From assembly GCA_034180415.1 (NCBI GenBank), contig JAXFOK010000018.1, positions 12,539 to 76,538 of the forward strand: 64,000 nt of DNA. The letters run 5' to 3'. Shown here piece after piece: positions 40,925-50,396 of this stretch. The DNA is from Bdellovibrionota bacterium. Its GTDB lineage: Bacteria > Bdellovibrionota_C > UBA2361 > CAKMMH01. The notes under the pieces were generated by a model. It saw only the letters and a program-made list of their open reading frames with translations. It was not told the origin of the DNA and ran no database searches. Made by a program: the position numbers and the translations under genes. Every line of letters begins with the position of its first letter. Positions within the stretch are counted from its first letter, which is position 1.

Positions 40925-41788
40925 CTAATCATCTAAGAACAATTCTCCTTTAGCTATCACATCTACGATGCCTCCAATTGAGACACTTTCAACATACAAA
41001 GCATCAGAAGATAACCTAACTTCTAACTCGATTGATTTCTTAGACGGTTGATATATCCGTTCCTTAAAATCTCTCTTGTTATTCAACGCGCTTACTATAC
41101 CAAATGCTGCGGTTCCTGAACCGCATGCTGTTTCATAATATGTACTATCGGTATCTCGTACCCAAACGACAGGATTAATAAAAACCCCATTATCATTTTT
41201 TTGTACAAATATTAATCCTACTGCACTTTCATTTTGTAATTCCAAACTATCTCTCACATGTTTTGAGAATTCGACATAATTATCTTTTCTGAACTTAAAG
41301 TGTGGTTCATTCAAAATAACGTGAGTAATACCACTAAGATAAGTAACAAAAACTTTGTAGCCATCTAAAAGTTTTTCTTCAACATGATTTTTAGTTGAAA
41401 GATAAACTTTAGTATTTATTTTACTCCCGTCCCTAAAACATTCACCTTTAACTTTTTCATTAACCCCAGAAACAGATAAATAGCATTCCCAATGATTTTC
41501 ACCAATAGACTTTAATGATTTTGAATCTTCAAAGAGTAAAAGCGCCAAGACGCTTCTTGTAGCATTTCCACAAAACTCTCCACCCATCATATCTAGTCTT
41601 GGAGTACCCTCTTCAAGATAACTTACGACTCCGACCTGCTCTCCACCAAGATGCAATGGGTCTAGAATCTTATTTGAAATCAAAGCACGGTATCTAGCAT
41701 CCATTGAATCTTTATTTTTAATGAGAACCGTCGTGTTTCCACTAGGGCTCATTTTATAAAAGCTGTACGTAGTCATAACAAAAAACAT
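40925..41788 (-). CDS. DapF-family PLP-independent amino-acid epimerase (diaminopimelate-epimerase-like, two catalytic Cys)
   Basis: 287 aa; ..SGNTTVLI.. (GNDF-like), ..GGEFCGNATRS.. (QCGNGARC-like) and ..YETACGSGTAAFGI.. (ETxACGSGAxA-like) give both DapF active-site cysteines. Confidence 0.7.
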   Translation of the reverse strand: MFFVMTTYSFYKMSPSGNTTVLIKNKDSMDARYRALISNKILDPLHLGGEQVGVVSYLEEGTPRLDMMGGEFCGNATRSVLALLLFEDSKSLKSIGENHWECYLSVSGVNEKVKGECFRDGSKINTKVYLSTKNHVEEKLLDGYKVFVTYLSGITHVILNEPHFKFRKDNYVEFSKHVRDSLELQNESAVGLIFVQKNDNGVFINPVVWVRDTDSTYYETACGSGTAAFGIVSALNNKRDFKERIYQPSKKSIELEVRLSSDALYVESVSIGGIVDVIAKGELFLDD

Positions 41789-41961
41789 CCTTTCTTTTAC
41801 AAGAAATATGATCTTCTATAGGAGGTATCGAATTTAAATTTTAAAAGTTGCTTAAAATCGATAAAAATTTTCAAAAATTGATATTTAAAGATATTTTTAT
41901 TAAAAAATGATAAAGAAAATTACATGGTTACATGTAATATATTTCTGATGACTTTTTAATT

Positions 41962-42627
41962 TTACTTATTATTTTCGCCTAATATTTCATTTAAAACTTC
42001 TTTAATATCTTTATTGTAATGTTTCATAAATATAATACTTACTTCATTGCTACTCTTAAGATTTCTTAACTCATTGAAAAATTCTAAAAATTTTTTATTA
42101 CCATAAGTTTCTATAAGATGTTTTACAAAGATTCCCCCACCTTAATAAATTACATTTGGTAAAATATTATCATTAAATAATGTTTCCAAATCTTTACAAA
42201 CTTCGCCACTTATCATCTGTCCTGATAAATATCTTGCTAGTCCTTCATGCAACCAATTTGGAACGTACTTATTAAAATTAACATACATATACGCATATAC
42301 ATGTACTATTTCATGTTTAATTAATTTTTTATATTCGATATCGTTATATATATTTTTTATATCATCATGATTACAGATAAAAATAATATTAGAACGAGGG
42401 CAAGCAAACGCTACGACATAATCTTCCTTAATACTTTTAAATTCATCAAATATTTCTTTTTTCATTGAAAAAACGCAAACACTAAATTCATCATTAGGAA
42501 TATTAAAAAAAACTGAATATTCTTTAGATGTTTCTTCTATACATTTATTAAGTTCTATATCATTATTTGGAAAAATATTATAAAGCATACTATCTCTCAT
42601 TAAAAAAGAGCAGGGACAAAAAATCAT
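41962..42627 (-). pseudogene. single-domain paralog of the MA-like metallopeptidase, interrupted by a frameshift/stop at about 42142
   Basis: The track ORF (..LIKHEIVHVYAYMYVNFNKYVPNWLHEGLARYLSG..) stops at 42142. The next frame continues with ..GGGIFVKHLIETYGNKKFLEFFNELRNLK..NEILGENNK*, which matches the C-terminal part of 36574..37779. The first codons lie inside a terminator hairpin. Confidence 0.55.
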
Positions 42628-42635
42628 CCCTGCTC
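42602..42635 (-). terminator. rho-independent terminator on the minus strand (GAGCAGGGA-loop-TCCCTGCTC + T6) between the RRE/peptide module and the peptidase paralog
   Basis: Perfect 9-bp stem followed by TTTTTT on the transcribed strand; the annotated ATG of the peptidase paralog sits in the loop. Confidence 0.5.
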
Positions 42636-42900
42636 AAGCAAGCTGTTATCAAATTTCTAGAAATTTTACTCTGCCTTTAACGACGATAAAAACCTTATTC
42701 ACGGTTTAAGCCTCTTAAGGTGTAACACTGTTTCATTGAGGTTCACCATCAACACAAATTCTTTAGCAAAGTTCAAAGTATTCAAAATTACGGCCCACAT
42801 GGATCTTGCGATCAACAATACTCAAAACTTGCGGATTGATTTCTTTTATCTTAGCACTCCTTATGTTAGAACGATTAACATCACCATTGTAATAGCAAAC

Positions 42901-43019
42901 TCAGTGACAGATATGCCGGTAGCAATTACAACCACAGTAAAATGCATTATGAAATTCTAATTACTAGCTTTAAAGCTACCATCAAACACATCAATAACGC
43001 AAGAGTTAAGTACAATCAT
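42901..43019 (-). pseudogene. remnant of a second Cys-rich precursor-like peptide (broken by a stop and a frameshift)
   Basis: MIVLNSCVIDVFDGSFKASN* then, in the adjacent frame, ..EFHNAFYCGCNCYRHICH*. The N-terminus parallels the leader of the 37930..38154 peptide. It overlaps the PqqD-like gene end by 14 bp. Confidence 0.4.
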
Positions 43020-43404
43020 AACGTTGTTCCTTATGACTAGGGGTTAATGAAACTATATTACTGTTAAGAAGCCTTAAGAAGAACTCCTTATTTTCAGTAA
43101 TTACCTGAGCATTAGTAGACACTAATACTTTTTGCACACACTGTTCTATTAAGTTGTAACCATCAACATTTACAAATAGCGACCTACCATTTTTACCTAG
43201 TATTACAGCACCAAAGTCTTCCTCTCGAGTTACCACTCCTTCAAAATCAAGATAGTAATCATTAGGAATTTCTTCCATATATTTTATCTTAACCTTATTT
43301 TTACTATATAACTCAAGAGAAATATCTTTCGAAGATACCTCAAAAAGCGGATCAAGTCCATCGACTGACTTCTGAAAGCTACCTTTTCCTAAAATAAATA
43401 TCAA
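43006..43404 (-). CDS. PqqD-like RRE protein (intact copy; probable true start at internal ATG 43278, giving about 90 aa)
   Basis: ..DFEGVVTREEDFGAVILGKNGRSLFVNVDGYNLIEQCVQKVLVSTNAQVITENKEFFLRLLNSNIVSL.. fits the PqqD/RRE pattern (V..RE.DGG.LL.n..g..f.LN..G..IW.......T...I......FL..L...GLI). The annotated start is TTG without an SD. Confidence 0.55.
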   Translation of the reverse strand: MIFILGKGSFQKSVDGLDPLFEVSSKDISLELYSKNKVKIKYMEEIPNDYYLDFEGVVTREEDFGAVILGKNGRSLFVNVDGYNLIEQCVQKVLVSTNAQVITENKEFFLRLLNSNIVSLTPSHKEQRYDCT

Positions 43405-43472
43405 ATATTAAAAATAAAAGTTGCTAAATATAATTAATTTATTTTAAAACTAAAATATTGTTTTTATATATT

Positions 43473-44135
43473 TTACTTTATTCTTTCACTAATCTTTTTT
43501 GCTGATATTTTTTGAATATAATTTGGCTCTAAATCTGTAATATTTGATACACTTTGCACATCGTGATTTATATAATATTCTATTAGAATTTTTGATGGTA
43601 AATTTGAATCTGATAAATCTAATAATTCATAATCAAAACTTTTATACTCATCTTCTATTTTATTTATGACAAAAGCTTTAGAATTTTTTTCTTTTAAATA
43701 CTCTTTAATGCTTTCACTTTCTATAAATTCAAGTTTATTTTCTTTTACATTATAAACAAAATAACTACTTTTTCTTATATGTTGGCAAATAAGATCACTT
43801 TCATTTATTGCATCACTATAAATATGCCTTAAAGCTTCTAAAAGTGTAATTTCTGCAACATTAATACTTACACTCATCATTATACCTTCTAAAAAAGCAT
43901 AACCTATCCTAAGCCCTGTAAAAGATCCTGGCCCCTTATTTATAAGAATAGTATTTACATCATTAATACTAAGAGAATTGTCATCTAAGATTTTTTTTAG
44001 TAAACTTGCAAGCTCCTCGTTATTACTACTTTCCCCTTCACCTTTTATACTTGTAATTTCACCGTCTTTATAAAGAGAAATATTTAAGATGCTTCCTGCA
44101 CTATCTATTGCAATTATATTATTTTTACTATTCAT
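43473..44135 (-). CDS. tsaB: tRNA threonylcarbamoyladenosine biosynthesis protein TsaB (YeaZ-like)
   Basis: 220 aa; ..IDSAGSILNISL.. and GPGSFTGLRIG motif. Confidence 0.8.
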   Translation of the reverse strand: MNSKNNIIAIDSAGSILNISLYKDGEITSIKGEGESSNNEELASLLKKILDDNSLSINDVNTILINKGPGSFTGLRIGYAFLEGIMMSVSINVAEITLLEALRHIYSDAINESDLICQHIRKSSYFVYNVKENKLEFIESESIKEYLKEKNSKAFVINKIEDEYKSFDYELLDLSDSNLPSKILIEYYINHDVQSVSNITDLEPNYIQKISAKKISERIK

Positions 44136-44151
44136 ATAATAAATACATCAA

Positions 44152-45327
44152 TTAATTGTGAAACAATCTAAACAAATCATTTCCTGTTGCAAAAATCATA
44201 AGAGAAAAAAGAATAAACATACCTAGTTGCCCAGCAAGTGCTTGCACTTTTAAAGGCACAGGACGCCTTATTAAAAATTCAATTGTAAAAAACATAAGAT
44301 GTCCGCCATCTAAAATTGGTATTGGTAAAAGATTCATAATAGCAAGTGACATACTTATAAAAATCATTAAATCTAGAAGCTTATTAAATCCCTTCTTAGA
44401 AACTTTTGAAGTAACATTTACTATTTCTATAGGGCCTCCAATATGTTTTGCTGAAATTGCACCATTTATTATTCCTTTAAAACCTCTATAAGTTAAAACA
44501 GTAATTCCTATAAGTTTTGAAAGTGAATATAGCGGAGCATGAATTAATGGAACTTTTTTTGTTTGAGATGAAGCGACTATTCCTATTTTTAATCTTTCAC
44601 TACTTTTATTATTGCTATTTGAAATAGCCTTCATCTCTGCTGAATCTTCAGTTGCCACAAGAGATACATTTTTAGTTATAAATCTATCATCAACTTTTCT
44701 TCTTATAGCAACATTAACTTTTCCATCTTGAGATTTTGCAATGAACCTTGCGACATCACTCCAAGTCTTTGGCTTAACACCATTAATTGATACAATTCTA
44801 TCATCTGCTTTTATTCCTGCTTTTGCTGCTGGATAATCTGGTACCACATCACCTACTATCGGCTTATTTAAAGGAACATCTACTCCCCAAAAACACACGA
44901 TAGCTATCCCAACTAAAAATGCAAATAATATATTAAAAAATGGACCCGCAAAAACTATTAAAAATTTTTGCCACACAGGTTTATTTAAAAACCATCTTGA
45001 TTCATTTTTTGAAAGTTTTATAGATTCCTCATCATAAAATTTAGGATATTTTGGTGCATTATCTTCTTTATTATCTTCCTTACTATTAATTTCTTCTTCT
45101 CCATAAACAGTATGTGGATCTTCTCCTGCCATACTTACATAGCCACCTAGTGGTATTGCCCTTAAAGAATACCAAGTTTCACCTTTTTTCTTTTGCCAAA
45201 TTTTTTTACCAAATCCTATTGAATATTCAAGGACACCAACTTTAAACATTTTAGCAACAATAAAATGTCCAAATTCATGTACAATAACTAAAATACCTAA
45301 TACTATAACTGCTGTTATAATTCCCAT
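44152..45327 (-). CDS. rseP: RIP site-2 zinc metalloprotease RseP
   Basis: 391 aa; HEFGHF (HExxH) in TM1, central PDZ region, C-terminal LDGG motif (..PIPILDGGHL..). Confidence 0.85.
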   Translation of the reverse strand: MGIITAVIVLGILVIVHEFGHFIVAKMFKVGVLEYSIGFGKKIWQKKKGETWYSLRAIPLGGYVSMAGEDPHTVYGEEEINSKEDNKEDNAPKYPKFYDEESIKLSKNESRWFLNKPVWQKFLIVFAGPFFNILFAFLVGIAIVCFWGVDVPLNKPIVGDVVPDYPAAKAGIKADDRIVSINGVKPKTWSDVARFIAKSQDGKVNVAIRRKVDDRFITKNVSLVATEDSAEMKAISNSNNKSSERLKIGIVASSQTKKVPLIHAPLYSLSKLIGITVLTYRGFKGIINGAISAKHIGGPIEIVNVTSKVSKKGFNKLLDLMIFISMSLAIMNLLPIPILDGGHLMFFTIEFLIRRPVPLKVQALAGQLGMFILFSLMIFATGNDLFRLFHN

Positions 45328-45372
45328 TATTAAAAATAATCCTTAAAAATAAATTACTCTAAAAAACTTACA

Positions 45373-46200
45373 TTAAAAAAAGCAAATAAGAGTAAGTGGA
45401 GCAGCACCAAAAATCGCATCGACTCTATCAAGCACTCCACCATGCCCTGGTAAAAGATTTGAGCTATCTTTAACCCCTACAATTCTTTTTATAAATGATT
45501 CTATTAAATCTCCAATTTGTGCACACCACACAGTAAAAATTGTTGGAACTAAAAGTCCATATCTTAAATTAGATATTCCTAAAAAATGAATCATTAAATA
45601 TGAAACAATAATCGCCCCAATCATTCCACAAACTGAACCGCTTATTGTTTTATTTGGAGATATAAATTTATTAAATTTAGCTCCCCCTATTAAGCGCCCT
45701 CCAGCGTAGGCAAAAATATCATTAAAAGAAACTACTGAAATAAGCCAAAAGAAAACTTTTGCACTCTCATTGTGACAAGCAATTTTAGTAAGAGAAAAGC
45801 CCCCAAGTCCAATTAGTATAAAATATAAAAGATATAAAAAAGTCTTTTTTTGAACTGCCTCTAACTCTCTCCCTTCAAATTCTGCTTTTAACACTTCATT
45901 ATTTGGTTCATAAAAAAAGAAACCAACGGTTAAAACATAAATAAATCCAAAAATTGAATAGAACGCAAATGTTCTTCCTGTGACTGCAAAAATTATAGGA
46001 GCAATTACAAAAGCAAAAAACATAAGAACACTTTGTTTTTTGTTTTGAAGTTTTAACATTTTTACAAATTCATAAAAACAAAAAGTTAAAATTAAACCTA
46101 TAAAACATGAAGTAAGCTGAGCACTCTCTTGAAGCAACACAAAAATAATAACCAATAATAAAATTGTTGCAGTAATAATTCTTTTTGTAAGATTGTTCAT
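45373..46200 (-). CDS. cdsA: phosphatidate cytidylyltransferase
   Basis: 275 aa polytopic membrane protein; C-terminal CDS signature ..SFIKRIVGVKDSSNLLPGHGGVLDRVD.. Confidence 0.85.
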   Translation of the reverse strand: MNNLTKRIITATILLLVIIFVLLQESAQLTSCFIGLILTFCFYEFVKMLKLQNKKQSVLMFFAFVIAPIIFAVTGRTFAFYSIFGFIYVLTVGFFFYEPNNEVLKAEFEGRELEAVQKKTFLYLLYFILIGLGGFSLTKIACHNESAKVFFWLISVVSFNDIFAYAGGRLIGGAKFNKFISPNKTISGSVCGMIGAIIVSYLMIHFLGISNLRYGLLVPTIFTVWCAQIGDLIESFIKRIVGVKDSSNLLPGHGGVLDRVDAIFGAAPLTLICFF

Positions 46201-46304
46201 AAGTTTCCCTTATAATATTATTAAAAGCATACAACATTTGCATTTTATAATGCCAATATCCTGAAGGGATATATTAAAACATTATTCAACTTTTCCTAAT
46301 GCTT

Positions 46305-46345
46305 AAACGGCGGCTGCTTCGCTTGCGCTACGCATCCCCTCCGTT
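46305..46345. other. GC-rich hairpin (AACGGCGG ... CCTCCGTT) in the uppS-cdsA intercistronic spacer
   Basis: Inverted repeat with an about 24-nt GC-rich interior (GCTTCGCTTGCGCTACGC) in an otherwise AT-rich 145-bp spacer. Confidence 0.35.
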
Positions 46346-47095
46346 CTATTTTTCTTCGCTTTCAGCCTTTATTTGATCTCCCGTTTTGCCAAACCTACGA
46401 CTTCTCTTATTAAATTCATCGATACATCGCTTTAGCTCAGAAAAATCAAACTCTGGCCAATACTTCTCGCTAACTACTAACTCAGAGTAAGCGATTTGCC
46501 AAAGTAGAAAATTTGAAACACGAAGCTCTTTAGAGGTGCGAATTAAAAAATCAGGATCTGGAACATCTGGTAAATATAAATAGTTTCTAAATGTATTTTC
46601 ATTAACTTCATCAATGCTTATTTTTTTATCTTCAAAATCTTTTAATAATTTCTTACAAGCATCACAAATTTCATATCGCCCACCATAAGAAACTGCAATA
46701 ATTAAATCAAGAGCATCACAATCTTTTGTCATATCCATTGCTTCATAAAGTTTCTCTTGAACATCTTTGGGAAGCATATCTAAAGCCCCCATTGCTCTTA
46801 ATCTTACATTATTTTTCTTTAACTCTGGCGTTTCATCATTAAGAGCCGAAATAAAAAGCTTCATAAGCGAAGAAACTTCCGCTTCTGGCCTTTTCCAGTT
46901 TTCAGTTGAAAAGGCATAAACTGTTAAATATCGAATCCCTAACTCCCTTGAAGCTTTTACAATTCTTTTTAGTGCTTTTGCACCTTGCCTATGCCCTTCA
47001 ACTCTTGGCATCATGCGAGCTCTCGCCCACCTACCATTTCCATCCATTATAATTGCTACATGCTGTGGAATATTATTTGGAATATTGCTTTCCAT
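46346..47095 (-). CDS. uppS: ditrans,polycis-undecaprenyl-diphosphate synthase
   Basis: 249 aa; ..HVAIIMDGNGRWA.. and ..YLTVYAFSTENWKRP.. motifs. Confidence 0.9.
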   Translation of the reverse strand: MESNIPNNIPQHVAIIMDGNGRWARARMMPRVEGHRQGAKALKRIVKASRELGIRYLTVYAFSTENWKRPEAEVSSLMKLFISALNDETPELKKNNVRLRAMGALDMLPKDVQEKLYEAMDMTKDCDALDLIIAVSYGGRYEICDACKKLLKDFEDKKISIDEVNENTFRNYLYLPDVPDPDFLIRTSKELRVSNFLLWQIAYSELVVSEKYWPEFDFSELKRCIDEFNKRSRRFGKTGDQIKAESEEK

Positions 47096-47131
47096 ATTAA
47101 ACTTTTAAAAACAACAAAAAATTAAACTAAA

Positions 47132-47686
47132 TTATACTTCCATTATTTCAGCTTCTTTTTGCTTAAACATCTCATCAATTTTAGCAATATATTTATCAGT
47201 AACTCCCTGAACTTCTGCTTGCCCTTTCTTAAGTTCATCTTCAGAAATCTCTTTTTCCTTTTCCATTTTCTTGAGAGCATCAATGGCGTCTTTTCTGTGA
47301 TTTCTTATTACTACTTTTTCATCTTCCCCAAGCTTTCCTAGTCTTTTTGAAAGCTCCTTTCTTCTATCCTCTGTTAATGCAGGGACATTTAACCTAATTA
47401 AATTCCCCTCTCTTGCAGGATTTAAATTTAAATCAGAATTTCTTATAGCTTTTTCAACACTATCAATTGAACTTGCATCATAAACTTGCACTGTAATAAG
47501 TCTTGGCTCTGGTGTGTTTATTAATCCCATTTGAATTAAAGGAACTTTTGAACCATAGTAATCAACTTGAATATTTTCTAAGATAGCACCATTAGCCCTT
47601 GCACCTCTTATTTTTCCAAGCTCAGATTTAAAATGAGCAATGGTTTTTTCACAATTATCAGCAAAAATATCTATTTGTTCTTTCAT
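47132..47686 (-). CDS. frr: ribosome recycling factor
   Basis: 184 aa; typical RRF length and conserved ..LNLNP..EGN.IRLNVP.LTEDRR..L.K.. pattern. Confidence 0.9.
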   Translation of the reverse strand: MKEQIDIFADNCEKTIAHFKSELGKIRGARANGAILENIQVDYYGSKVPLIQMGLINTPEPRLITVQVYDASSIDSVEKAIRNSDLNLNPAREGNLIRLNVPALTEDRRKELSKRLGKLGEDEKVVIRNHRKDAIDALKKMEKEKEISEDELKKGQAEVQGVTDKYIAKIDEMFKQKEAEIMEV

Positions 47687-47745
47687 AAAATTATTTTCCT
47701 AATATTAAATCAAAAAAATTAAACTAAAAATTAAAACTTACAAAA

Positions 47746-48462
47746 TTACGCCTCTACAATTGTTCCTACATTTTCTCCTTGTAAAAGCTTAACTAATGCC
47801 CCCTCTTCTTTCATATTATAAACAGCAAGAGGCATTTTATTATCTCTACACATAGAAATTGCCGTAGCGTCAATTACTTTTAAATTTTTTGCTAGCACTT
47901 CATCGCATGTAATTCTTTCAAAGAATTTAGCATCTTCAAACTTCTTAGGGTCCTTATCATAGACTCCATTTACGCTTGTTCCTTTAATTAAAAGATCTGC
48001 TTTTATTTCTATAGCCTTTAAGCTAGCTCCAGTATCTGTTGTAAAGTAAGGATTTCCTGTACCACAAGCAAAAATTAAAACTTTACCATTTTCTAACTCG
48101 TTAAGAGCTTTTTCTTTTGAAAACTTTTCAATTAGATTATCAAGATAAAGCATAGAAAGCGCCTTTGCTTTTATGCCGTTTTTATTTAAATAACTCTCTA
48201 ACGCTATTGCATTAATCGCAGTTGCAAGCATTCCCATATAATGTGCGTTTGTTTCTTCAATTTCTAAATCCTTTGCTTGCCTACCTCTAAAAATATTCCC
48301 AGCTCCTATTACTAGTGAAACTTCTGCCCCTAGCTCTTTAATTTTTTTTATTTCTTCTAAAATAAATTTAAAAATTTTTACATCATGTCCAAACCCTACA
48401 TCTCCAGCTAACACTTCACCACTTAACTTTAAAAGTACTCTTTTATATTTCAAATTGGACAT
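47746..48462 (-). CDS. pyrH: UMP kinase
   Basis: 238 aa; ..KRVLLKLSGE.. and ..GAGNIFRG.. motifs. Confidence 0.9.
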   Translation of the reverse strand: MSNLKYKRVLLKLSGEVLAGDVGFGHDVKIFKFILEEIKKIKELGAEVSLVIGAGNIFRGRQAKDLEIEETNAHYMGMLATAINAIALESYLNKNGIKAKALSMLYLDNLIEKFSKEKALNELENGKVLIFACGTGNPYFTTDTGASLKAIEIKADLLIKGTSVNGVYDKDPKKFEDAKFFERITCDEVLAKNLKVIDATAISMCRDNKMPLAVYNMKEEGALVKLLQGENVGTIVEA

Positions 48463-48579
48463 AATTTATTTACCTTAAAAAATTTTTAAAAACTTGTCTT
48501 TATATATAAAAAAAGACTGCAACATAAAAATACCTAAATACTTTTATATTGCAATCTTCTTTATAGAGCAAGCATTAAA

Positions 48580-49224
48580 TTATTGCATAGCTGCAGCAAC
48601 TTCAGCAGCAAAATCTTCTTGTTTCTTCTCAATTCCTTCGCCAACTTCAAAACGAGCAAAACGTCTAATAACAATTTTTTCACCGATTTTAGCACTTAAA
48701 TCTTGAACTAATTGAGTAATAGTTTTGCTGTCATCTTTAATGAAAGCTTGTTTAGCAAGAACATTCTCTGAATAAAACTTCTCAAGTTTTCCTGGGATGA
48801 TCATATCAGCTTTTTCTTTTTGCTTATCATTTAATTGTTCCATTAAGATTTCTTTTTCTTTATTTAAAACATCCTCTGGAATATCTTCAACAGTATTATA
48901 TTTTGGATTCATTGCAGCAACTTGCATTGCAATATCATTTGCTAAAGTTTTAAACTCTTCTCCTCTTGCAACAAAATCTGTTTCAGAATTTAATTCAACA
49001 ATTGCTACAATTTGAGCTCCAGCGTGAACATAACAACCGATTGTTCCTTCAGCTGCAACTTTTCCAGCTCTTTTATCAACGCTTTTTAATCCTTTCTTTC
49101 TCAAGATTTCAATTGCTTTTGTTTCATCGCCATCAGCTTCTACTAAAGCTTTTTTACAATCCATCATTCCAGCGCCTGTTTTTTCTCTTAAATCTTTAAC
49201 GATACTAGCTGTAATTTCTGCCAT
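48580..49224 (-). CDS. tsf: elongation factor Ts (short form, 214 aa)
   Basis: N-terminal UBA-like ..[24 protein letters not shown]..; position between rpsB and pyrH. Confidence 0.85.
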   Translation of the reverse strand: MAEITASIVKDLREKTGAGMMDCKKALVEADGDETKAIEILRKKGLKSVDKRAGKVAAEGTIGCYVHAGAQIVAIVELNSETDFVARGEEFKTLANDIAMQVAAMNPKYNTVEDIPEDVLNKEKEILMEQLNDKQKEKADMIIPGKLEKFYSENVLAKQAFIKDDSKTITQLVQDLSAKIGEKIVIRRFARFEVGEGIEKKQEDFAAEVAAAMQ

Positions 49225-49327
49225 TTTTTAAAATCTCCTAAAATAACTTTTTTCCTAAAATCTTTTTATCAAAAGTGGAAAAATTTATTATTTTCCCACT
49301 TTAAAAGATATCAATCAAAAATATCAA

Positions 49328-50128
49328 TTATTGCATATTTTCAGTTCTATTAAATTTAGCTTGAAAATTTTTCTTTCCTTCACAAACTGCATCAGCCACA
49401 GCATTACAAAAAAGTGAAATTGTTCTTAATGCATCATCATTTGATGGGATTGGATAAGTAATGTCTGTTGGATCGCAATTTGTATCAACAAGAGCAATTA
49501 CAGGAACATTTAAATTTTTAGCTTCTTTAACAGCGATATCTTCTTTTGTAACATCAATAATGAAAATTAAATCTGGAGTTCTTTTCATGTTGTAAATACC
49601 AGCTAAGTTCATAGCCAATTTATCTAAAGTCTTAGAGATATCTAATTTCTCTTTTTTATTTAACTTAACACCTGTTGCTTCATTTTCAGCATCAGTTAAA
49701 AGTTTTTTAAGCTTATTCATTTTTTCGATTGAACGCTTAATTGTAGCAAAATTTGTTAAAGTACCACCAAGCCATCTATTGTTAATATAGTAAGAATCAC
49801 ATCTTGTAGCAGCCTCTTTAACTACTTCTTTTGCTTGTTGTTTTGTAGCAACAAATAAAACTGTAGCTCCTTGAGACACCTTATCAACTATAAATTTTCT
49901 AGCTTCTAACCATTTTTGAAGAGTAATATCTAGGTTAATAATATGGATGTTATTTCTTTCACCGTAGATATAAGGAATCATTTTAGGATTCCAACGAACA
50001 GTTTGGTGTCCATAATGAGCACCCGCTTTTAAAAGTGATTTAATATCTACAACTGTTTCTTCTTGTGGTTTATTATTTAATGTATCTTGCATAGAAGTAG
50101 CTTCTGTGCTGTTTAATTCTTCTGACAT
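49328..50128 (-). CDS. rpsB: 30S ribosomal protein S2
   Basis: 266 aa; ..LLKAGAHYGHQTVRWNPKM..IINL..T.. conserved S2 N-terminus; operon context with tsf. Confidence 0.9.
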   Translation of the reverse strand: MSEELNSTEATSMQDTLNNKPQEETVVDIKSLLKAGAHYGHQTVRWNPKMIPYIYGERNNIHIINLDITLQKWLEARKFIVDKVSQGATVLFVATKQQAKEVVKEAATRCDSYYINNRWLGGTLTNFATIKRSIEKMNKLKKLLTDAENEATGVKLNKKEKLDISKTLDKLAMNLAGIYNMKRTPDLIFIIDVTKEDIAVKEAKNLNVPVIALVDTNCDPTDITYPIPSNDDALRTISLFCNAVADAVCEGKKNFQAKFNRTENMQ

Positions 50129-50396
50129 AAAATTCTCCTTTATAACTTAGTTAATTCCTCCTTAGATATATATGGCGTGACTCTTTGATAGCTCACTAAG
50201 TTTTTTAGATATCTAAGTGCGTTAATAACCCTTATGCCTTACATTTTGAATAAAAATCAAAGCATAAAGACTTTGTTAAAATTAACATATTTACTAAATA
50301 AATTCAAATATCTCTTTTTTTTAATTACTTACAGTATATTATGTACATAAAATATCATTATATATTTCATCGTTATATAAATTATTTATAATATTT

